A stretch of DNA of 34,742 bases, from positions 1-34,742 of the forward strand of contig JAPEUG010000167.1 of NCBI GenBank assembly GCA_026025795.1, written 5' to 3'. A program made the position numbers and the translations under genes. The notes beneath the pieces are model-generated. The model worked only from the letters and a program-made list of their open reading frames with translations, had not been told where the DNA came from and did no database searches. Positions 22,366 through 31,074 of this stretch are shown here, piece after piece (position 1 is the first letter of the stretch; the number at the start of each line of letters is the position of its first letter). The DNA comes from Thelocarpon superellum. Its lineage: Eukaryota.

Positions 22366-23870
22366 ATGAGAACGGCTTCATCCTGGACCCCGTGGTCCTG
22401 GGTCCACACACCACCGTCGGCGAGGCCCGAGAGTTGAAGGAGAAGTGGGGCTTCGGTGGTTTCCCGGTGACAGGTCAGCGCCCGCTCTCGTGCGTCCCGA
22501 ATTTGGCCCTCTGCTTCGATGATGTGACATCTTGATAAGACTTTCGTTCATCCGTACTGAGATTACCTCTTGGGGACATTACACGTTTTTTCTGAGCAAG
22601 CAATGGCGTTCAACGGGCTACTCATCCAGTCGGTACGTGAAAGGACTGACACGATGGCGGGGCCAACAGAGGACGGCGCGTTGCGATCGAAGCTCATCGG
22701 CATGATCACGACCCGAGACATTCAATTCCACCCTTCGCTCGACGACTCGGTCACGGCCGTCATGTCCACGGATCTGGTCACGGCGCCATCCGGTACCACC
22801 CTGGCCGAAGCCAACTCCGTCCTCAGCAAGTCGAAGAAGGGCAAGCTCCCGATCGTGGACGAGCACGGCAACCTCGTGTCGCTCCTCTCACGCTCGGATC
22901 TCATGAAGAATCTCCATTTTCCCTTGGCCTCGAAGCTGCCGCACTCCAAGCAGCTCATCTCCGCAGCCGCCATCGGGACTCGTCCCGATGACAAGGCCCG
23001 CCTCCAGACCCTCGTCGATGCTGGACTGGACATCGTCGTGCTGGACAGCTCGCAGGGCAACAGCATCTACCAGATCGAGATGATTCGGTACATCAAGGAG
23101 AAGCACCCGGCCCTGGACGTCATTGGCGGCAACGTGGTGACGCGCGAGCAGGCCGCGTCGCTTATTGCCGCCGGTGCGGACGGCCTCCGGATTGGCATGG
23201 GCAGTGGGAGCGCCTGCATCACCCAAGAGGTCATGGCCGTCGGCCGACCGCAAGCGGCTTCGGTGTACAACGTCTCGGCGTTCGCGGCCCGCTTCGGCGT
23301 CCCCTGCATTGCGGATGGTGGGATCCAGAACGTCGGTCACATCGTCAAAGGCTTGGCCCTCGGCGCCTCGACCGTGATGATGGGCGGTCTGCTGGCGGGC
23401 ACGACGGAGTCGCCCGGCAACTACTTTGTCAGCCGCGAGGGGCAGCTGGTCAAGGCTTATCGGGGCATGGGCAGCATCGACGCCATGGAAGACAAGAAGG
23501 CCGGTGGTGGGGGCAACGACGCCAAACAGCGCAATGCCGGCACCGCCCGCTACTTCTCCGAGGGTGACCGATTGCTCGTAGCTCAAGGAGTGTCAGGATC
23601 CGTGCTCGATCGAGGGTATGTCACGATCTAGGTTTCCATCTCGCCCCCCCAGAAGCATTGACTGACCCACCCAGGTCTGTGACAAAGTTTGTCCCGTACC
23701 TGACCGCCGGCCTCCAACACTCCCTCCAAGACATCGGCGTCAAGAGCCTGCCCGCCCTCCGACAGGGCGTGCGCGACGGCACGGTGAGATTTGAGCTACG
23801 AACGGTCAGCGCCCAGGCCGAAGGAAACGTGCATGGACTACACAGCTTCGACAAGAAGCTGTACTCTTGA
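21963..23870 (+). CDS. imdA: Inosine-5'-monophosphate dehydrogenase. Exons 21963-22473, 22670-23615, 23675-23870
   Basis: [25 protein letters not shown] pair, [20 protein letters not shown] (catalytic Cys), [40 protein letters not shown]. Introns 22474-22669 and 23616-23674. Confidence 0.98.
22514..22598 (+). ncRNA. snR54: Intron-encoded box C/D snoRNA, probable snR54 orthologue (18S rRNA 2'-O-methylation guide)
   Basis: C box ATGATGT (22519-22525), guide ACTTTCGTTCA (22540-22550) antisense to the 18S GAACGAAAGU segment, terminal D box CTGA (22592-22595), flanking TGCTT/AAGCA stem. It lies in a 196-nt intron of IMPDH. S. cerevisiae snR54 is encoded in the IMD4 intron. Confidence 0.85.
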
Positions 23871-24354
23871 GTGCAGGCGGGAGGGTGCTCGTTTGCGTGG
23901 GTGGTGGACTGAGCCGAGGGAATACGCTTGCATGGTTGGGGCAGAAGTTCATTCATCGGAAGGAGTCTGGATGTTCAATATGTAGATTTCGTGCAGGATG
24001 ATTCGTTGCCATTTGCAGCCGAGCGTAGCCGCGGTAGTGGTGGGGAGGGGACTCCCGGCATCTGCGGAGTACGATTGCTCTCGCCGGCACCGGTCAATCT
24101 GCGTCCCCCAAGCATCGGGAGCTCAGCCACATCACAACTCTCCGCGGCCCATGTGCGGCAAGCCCCTTGCCCACCCGTGGCTCAGATGTTCTCGTGGGTC
24201 GCCTCGTGCACTGAACGTACTGGATCGGCTCCAACTTGCTCCGGCGCGCTCCCTCATTCTCGAGGGCTCCCCAGACCGACAATGGGTGCCAGAACAGCGT
24301 CGTGAGCACCACCGTGCCCCTCCAGACCTCTCGACCAAACCGGCGGTGCGCACC

Positions 24355-25510
24355 ATGTCCCGTCCGCACATCGCCACGCCGATGGAGGAAGCGCGACCAA
24401 GTGCGAGGTAGCCTGCCCCACCATCACGTACGGTCCCCCGCCTCCATTGATGGCCATGACGCAGCATCCTGTTGATCTCCCCCACCAACCAAATCCTGTT
24501 GCTCAAGCGCGTCCAGACGTCCACCGCCTTTCCCTCAGCCCACGTCTTTCCTGGCGGCAATCTCGCGGCCGACCAGGACGGCGACATCCCAGGCCCCGAT
24601 GACCCGCGACGCCACGAAGATGCTGAGGTCTATCGTCTGGGTGCCATCCGAGAGTGTTTCGAGGAGAGTGGGATAGTACTGGCCCGTCGCAAGGACGACG
24701 GTCGCCTGCTTGAGGTTGGCGATGACGAGCGCATGTCGGCCAGGAAGGCGGTCCACGGCAACGCCATCCGCTTCATCGACTGGTTGGCGGAACAAGGTGG
24801 CGTCGCCGACACGGGTACGATTTCGTCTTCTGTGCATACCACTCTACGACTCCACAACTGTACTGAGATTGCACGCAGACGGCCTGATTCCCTTTACTCG
24901 ATTCATCACGCCGGCTCACCTTCGTCGTCGCTATACCACCCAGATGTATCTGTACTTTTTGCCGCTCGCCGCCGGTCGCGCAGCGACTTCACTCGCGACG
25001 GGTGAGGATATCACCGTGCGGGAAGCAATCATTCCGGCGCCCACATCGGACGGCGGCGTGGAGCATACAGCGGCACAGTTCTTGTCCCCGAGGGTCTGGC
25101 TGGCGCTAGCTCAGACAGCCTCGGTGCTCCTCCTACCGCCGCAATTTCTGCTCTTGCATCTCTTATCTCAGTATCTCACCGGTGCGCAAGGGCACGACGT
25201 GCCATCACCCGTGGAGCTTCAGCGACAGCGGGATGCCCTGATGCAATTCCTTCCAACGGGAGACCCGCCGTGGGCGGAGAAATCCATCAGCCCTGCCGTG
25301 CTCCCTTTGAAGAGTGCCGACGGCCGGGCCGCTTATGCCCTGGACTACCCCGGCCCAGAACTCGAGGGCACGGAGCGGAAGGGTGACTGGGACCGGGTAA
25401 TCTTGGGCCAATTCACAAAAGAGGGAGGATTACGAGGCCTAGAGGTCAAGTGGAGGGCGGTGGTGGAAAAAGAAGACGCCATCCGCCGGAAGGCTGACGA
25501 GAAGCTCTGA
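24355..25510 (+). CDS. Nudix hydrolase, NUDT19-like (possible acyl-CoA/CoA diphosphatase). Exons 24355-24407, 24465-24814, 24879-25510
   Basis: RPSASILLISP, AHVFPGG, AIRECFEESGI (interrupted Nudix box), LIPFTRFITP, RRYTT, LLPPQF. Introns 24408-24464 and 24815-24878. In-frame upstream ATG at 24151. Confidence 0.88.
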
Positions 25511-25715
25511 CGGAAGGGTAGATACCATCCTCTGTAGATTGGCTTGTAGTGGCGCTACGTTACGATGAGAAATGCACGCAACTGGAGCTTGATGTTGTCA
25601 TGGGATGTGGGGAAGTACGAGTACCTGGAGCTCCCCCGGATAATGGCTAAAGTCGGCATTGGCGACGTCCAATGAAACTGGGCGAAAGCCGACGCCCCAC
25701 CAAAATCCCACCACG

Positions 25716-25723
25716 CACGTGAC
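25716..25723 (-). promoter_or_regulatory. GTCACGTG (Cbf1-type bHLH E-box) about 170 nt upstream of the RPS21 ATG
   Basis: Perfect RTCACGTG consensus on the minus strand. Cbf1 sites are known in ribosomal-protein promoters of some ascomycetes. Function here is inferred. Confidence 0.4.
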
Positions 25724-25890
25724 GCACAGAATCCCTCGCGAAATCTTCAACTTGGGGCCTCCGACTCCATAGTCCACACCATCAACATCCCAATTCCGTG
25801 CCCCGCGCTGTCCCTCTTCATCGGCGACTCCGACACATCACCTCCCTCACGGTCTCATATCCTCAGTGGTCACGGCGGCAACCTGCAACC

Positions 25891-26228
25891 ATGGAGAACG
25901 ATAAGGGCGAGCTGGTCGATCTGTACGTCTCTCCCTCTCCGAGCCCCCCGGATCGAGATGGACGCGACCCCACTGACTCATTCGCGTGCGCAGCTACGTC
26001 CCTCGGAAATGCTCTGCGACCAACCGCATCATCAAGGCAAAAGACCACGCGTCGGTGCAGATCTCGGTTGGTAAGGTGGACGAGAGCGGGCGGTACACGG
26101 GCGAGAACCAGGTGTATGCCCTCTGCGGCTTCGTGCGCGCCATGGGCGAGAGCGATGATGCCTTGAACCGGCTGGCGCAGCGGGACGGTCTGCTGAAGAA
26201 CGTGTGGAGCGGAAGCAGCCAGCGCTAG
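25891..26228 (+). CDS. RPS21: 40S ribosomal protein eS21. Exons 25891-25922, 25994-26228
   Basis: [34 protein letters not shown]...[15 protein letters not shown]. Intron 25923-25993 (GTACGT..CTGAC..CAG). Confidence 0.98.
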
Positions 26229-27410
26229 CGTGGCATAGGTCGGTCATCTCTCGTCGGGCTCTTCCTCACTTGTCTGAAGCGTCGATGCTGACGTATCCCA
26301 TCCGATGAGCAGATGCGTGTGGTCTTGCGTTTGTCTCGGTAGCTATCTGAACAGAATCAAACCCTTCGTGGAATGAAGTCACGCCCTGGTTGAGATTTGC
26401 AATTCTTCACGTGCACGCGCCTGGTGCTTCAAGTGACCCGGCTCCGTTCGGCTTATCAAGGCTTCCTCATTTACACCCTTTGGTGACGCCCACAAGTGAG
26501 GAGGTAGAGTTTCAACCAGCCGCAGAGTGATTGTAGTTTCTACGCCAGCCACCTGAAGAGCTGTGACGGTTGAGCCTCTCGTCGGAGCACAGATACGGGT
26601 TGGACAAGTTCGTAGCTAGTAGTAGTACTGGTAAGATTCTTAGTTGAGTGCAACGACATGGCCCAGAGCAATGATAGGAGCATCACAAGGAATTGGTTTT
26701 CTCAATTCTTATTCCGACAACTCCATATGGAATGTAGTATGATTGCACGACCAATTTATAGGGCACTTGACGTGCATCAAGTCGTGTTGTCTCAGCTCAA
26801 CCGCAGCCCACATTGTAGGGACTCGAGGCACTGGTTTCGAGACTCCATGGTGTTTCGTGTCCCGTACACTTGTAGTCTCACATAAGACCGTGGGCTTGAT
26901 ATGTGTCAGGTAGCGGGCCTACGCCTCACTGTAGGAATAGGAGGATTCACGTGCTTATCACGTGCAAGAGTACGTGACCGGTCGTACCGCACAGAGCGAG
27001 CCACGCAGGCATCGAGCAAAGCTCCATCGTTCAACTCGAGTATCATGATGAATTTAGAGATGACTCTTGGAATTCCATTGCGTCACGATATGTTAGCCAG
27101 TCGACGACGTCTGTTGGTTCCACCTGGCTGCACGTTTCGTGGTCACAATGTGTATGAAGCACGTGATGCAGTCACATGAGGATGACTCTAGACATATCAA
27201 TTGTCGACTTGGTTGTTCCATGCGCTCACCCTGGTCTCGCTCAGCCCTCATGCCGCCAATACGACAGATAGAGATAAGTAAAAAGTCACCCATTCGTTCT
27301 GCCCGTACTTAATGGATTCCATCGTGCTGAAATCCCTCGATTTGGAAGAGTTTTCGTCCCGTGCTCAAGTTCTGCTCGATGTTGCAGGTGTGGGCACACG
27401 ACAGCCGCCC

Positions 27411-28434
27411 ATGATGAGACCTTTCTCCCGCTTTGCCATTGGGGCTGCTATTGGGTTGGCGCTGGTGGTCCTCAGCGTGCATCAGCGCTACCAAAGTGTG
27501 GCTGCCAGTGGGATTATAGCTTTTCCCCGTGCTCCGCAATGGGGACATGATTTGTTGGCCCAAGTTTTGGCATGATCTGTTGTGGGAGAAGCCCGTGGCT
27601 GACACGCCCGACTCGAGTCTCATGTGCGAGGAGTCGACGGCAGACGGAAAGGCGATCGTGATGGGATAAGTGTCGAGCGAGAACACCAGCTGGGTCGAAG
27701 CCGAGCTGCCCGAGTAAGTCTGTTCCGGTCCTGGTCGGGTGTCTGGAGCAGGCGACTGAGTCGGCGCAGCTGGCAACACGCTGTCTACTCGGTTGACGAT
27801 GAGAGTGCCACGCTTTATACGCCCTTGAACACAGGCAACGAAGGCATGGCCTATCTCACGTACATCGTGGAGCAGCATCACTGTCTGCCGGAGATCGTGG
27901 TCTCTGTTCACTCGCACCGTGACAAGCAGTGGCATGTCGACTACACTGGCTGGAACACGCCCATGATGCTCCAGAATCTACAGCTCGACCTTGTGCGGCG
28001 ACATGGATTTGTCAATCTCCGATGCAGCGTTGAACCCGGCTGTGATGTTGGCGTCGGCCCCGCCCTGTCCTATCCGGAGGAGCAGCGGGAGGGCACCGAG
28101 CACAACATCTTCGCCGGCGAGGCGTGGCAGTACATGTTCGACGAGCCGCTCCCGAAACGGCTTGCGACGCCGTGTTGCGGCTAGTTTGCCGTGACCCGCG
28201 GCCAGATGCTGAAGCGGTCGCTCGGCGAATATCGGAGATATCGGCAGTGGCTGATTGGTACCCCCACATCGAGTTACCGGAGCGGCCGAGTACTCGAATT
28301 ACCGTGGCACGTCATCTTCAGAAAGGACCCGATCAAGTAAGTGGTCGGCCACATTCGTCAAGGGGTGACGCCTAACGCGCTGCAGTTGCCCTGCATTAGA
28401 GAGCTGTGTGTGCGAGCAATACGGGCAATGTTGA
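27411..28434 (+). pseudogene. Disrupted DUF3431-like type II membrane protein (putative glycosyltransferase-like)
   Basis: N-terminal TM anchor; KAIVMG*VSSENTSWVEAELPDWQHAVY, NTGNEGMAYLTYI, HSHR..WH.D, GFVNLRC, TPCCG*FAVTR, SGRVLELPWHVIF, CP...C.C..YG.C. Introns 27714-27769 and 28337-28385 are intact. In-frame stops TAA 27667-27669 and TAG 28182-28184, and a frameshift at about 27520-27570. Confidence 0.82.
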
Positions 28435-29212
28435 GGAGAGCCAACAGCGGAGTCTATCTAATTGATACACCCCGGATTGATTTAACATCAGCGTGGCGTT
28501 ATGATCGGAGTCAACGAGACGTGATGAAAGGGCAACTCATCTTTGATACTGAACGTCAAAAGGGCGTATAATTGAAAAAAGGGTCCTGAATCAATGAGGA
28601 GCTGCAAGGCTCGCGAAGTCGGTGATGACTATGGTACGCTTCGACATGATGTTCTTGAACCGCTCTTCGAAAGGAAAGAGCGCTGCGAGGTCCTTGGAAG
28701 CGGCCAAGTGCTGTATTGCGGTTCGACTCTATCATTATGAGATCAGAGATGGGTAGGTTCATCGCAGTCGTCGCAGCCAGGGCGTCTTGCATAGTGATGG
28801 AGATTCTCAATTGCTCCAAGTTCTAGTCCTTCTCGCACGCCTATCTCCTGACATGAACGAGCGTGGAGTTTTGGAAGATGATTGGACTCGGTGTTCATGA
28901 ACACCAAGTCCATAAGATATGATGTGATGTGATTTGCCACATGAAGGCTGTCAAAGGACTTATGACTGTCGCTTCTTATATTGTATATCGAGCGTATGCC
29001 CGGGGGGTTCGAGATATATATTCAAGGCCGACACATGGATGGATGGACTGGAAAGGAGGGAAGGGGTTTGAGACAATCATGCAATGCAAGGACTTCAGGC
29101 TGTTTCAAGTATGCCAGGTGTCGAGCGTTGAAGAGGGGAGGGTAGGGGAAGTTTCGGCCGTTCCGCCCTTTTGCGGAGCGGAGAGAACGGTCTCCCCTCC
29201 AAGCCTATCGCC

Positions 29213-29873
29213 CTAACCACAGCCCCACGCGCCCACTACATCACACGTGGGGTCACCACAGTCGGCTCCTCCCGTGGACTCGCCGCCCCCGTAGAAGCAC
29301 TCGTAGGTGCAGTCCATCTGACGATTAGGCCTGGATGGAGTTTCGTCAGCTTCCAGCAACGCACAAGCGGCACGATGCCATAGACGATCTCCCCCGGAGG
29401 ATCGACACTTACCAGTTTCCGTCCTCGGAATCATCCCAGGCACCCACGGTGCAGTGGGCGGTCGGGGCGCCGATGTTTGAGCTGGTCCACGACTGCGCCC
29501 CCAGCTTGAACTGGATGTAGTCGCCCTCCTCCTCGGGCGTCATGAGCAGATAGTCCTCCAGCCGGCTCTCGGCCTGGCACGTATGGGTCGCGTCGCAGGG
29601 CGCCGTCTGCATGCAGCCAATCTGGTTGAGGTCGTTGTCGTACATCTTGACCTCCACCGCGAAAATGGCAAAGTTCATCGGGCCATCGATACTCCCCAAA
29701 CGGCCGCCCAGCGTCTGCCACAGGTGCAGGTGGCACGTTCCTTGCACGTACGGTGCCCCTTGTCGGGTGACCAGACTCGTTGTGGAGTTGGTAGCCGGCG
29801 TCGGGTTCCCGACGGCGGTGCCGACCGCGCAGAGCAACGGGAGCGAGAGCCCGAGTGACCGCGAGAAACGCAT
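29213..29873 (-). CDS. Small secreted cysteine-rich protein of unknown function (192 aa). Exons 29873-29413, 29330-29213
   Basis: Signal peptide MRFSRSLGLSLPLLCAVGTAVG; GC3-biased codons. Intron 29331-29412 (GTAAGT..GCTGAC..CAG) joins CTVGAWD...NW to PNRQMDCTYEC. Ten Cys after the signal peptide. TATA-like TATAAG on the minus strand near 30010. Confidence 0.8.
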
Positions 29874-30770
29874 GATGAATGAGCTTTGGGGGCGTGCAAT
29901 TGGTCGTGTGGGAGTTGACGGGCGGACTCAAAGGCTTGGATTGCGGACTGAGCGAGTGTGAGATGAGGAGTATGGAGGAACAGCATCTCACTGGAATCAA
30001 GCCTCCTACTTATAGGCCGTGAAGATGATGCAGATTGTAGATCTTGAAATGATAGCCTCTCGGTCGTTTCGCGGCGGAGCCAGTCCGCAGCTCGAACATT
30101 GCCATGGACATTGAACTTCGCCATGGGATGTCTTAATTATCTGCAAGGCTAACATCGCAAGACGGCGGAGGTTGGGTCAGCCATTCACACCGAGGGCTGG
30201 GCCCCAAGAGGCTATGAGATAAGTCATCCGGGCAGTGCGGATGACATCCATCACGTTGATGGGAACGACAGAACTTGTTGGGACACAGAGCTGCGGATGA
30301 CAGACGATACGGCCCAGACAATCGGGCAGTCCCGTTGGCAAAGCAGGGTGCTAGAGGCCGGTGATTCCAGCGAGAGCAAAGGCGTGTGCGGACTCATTTG
30401 GAACAACTACAAGGAGGACGCACGAGCCTCGGTCAGCCCTAGCGATACTAGGTCGCCTTGGCTGGTGGGCGTAGTGCGAGATGCTTGACATGAACCGAGC
30501 GGGTGTAGCCCCAGAAGTCGTTGCGGTCCACTGAACCAAAGCACTAACTACGGCACTCGCAGGCTGCGGCTAGGGTTTGTAGGGCCAAGGCGGAATTTCC
30601 AGCCCCCAGACTCGGAGTAACGTGACTTTGATATATCGCTAGCCACTCGCAAGACGCGCCACGATGACTTCGCCCAAGGCGGTGCAGGTGTGATATAAAT
30701 AACCGCTGCACCGACAGTCTTTGTCATGCTCTCAGGTCAGCTTCTTGCCCATCATGTACCACATGTCTGT

Positions 30771-30817
30771 TTGTATCGCAGTTGTATGCGCAGCTGTATG
30801 CGTAACTGTATGTGTAG
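30771..30817. repeat. Degenerate tandem 12-mer (YTGTATGCGYAR)x4
   Basis: Read directly: ttgtatcgcag ttgtatgcgcag ctgtatgcgtaa ctgtatgtgtag. Confidence 0.7.
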
Positions 30818-31074
30818 TCTCTCTCTGTCTCGAGCTATGGGAATTTGGCGACCACGAGAGTCTGCTTTGTACCACGTGACGACTTGCAAATTACGTGAAG
30901 TCTATGACGTCGTCCGTCGTGACAGGGGCCCCCTAATCATGTTGACGAGGCGCGCCCCGTAACTGCCATTCGATTGTCGCACGCGACTACACGACAGTAT
31001 TCTGCCTCGTAGGTATCGTGCCTCGATCTTGACAGCAGCTGGCTCTAGACAGTAGCAACAGACAAGACCAATTG

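Noticed and set aside
1..23870. HMGR and IMPDH as self-resistance genes of a statin- or mycophenolate-type biosynthetic cluster
   Set aside because: No PKS, NRPS, terpene synthase or tailoring genes in the window, and the neighbours are housekeeping genes. IMPDH has KAYRGMGS (Tyr), not the Phe variant I recall for MpaF/IMPDH-B, and it hosts the ancestral snoRNA.
27667..28184. Stop-codon reassignment (TAR=Gln) or A-to-I editing rescuing the DUF3431-like gene
   Set aside because: TAG/TAA terminate conserved genes here (HMG1, RPS21, IQG1, PHR1, SNF2). Editing of UAG gives Trp, not the expected Gln. A separate frameshift is also present.
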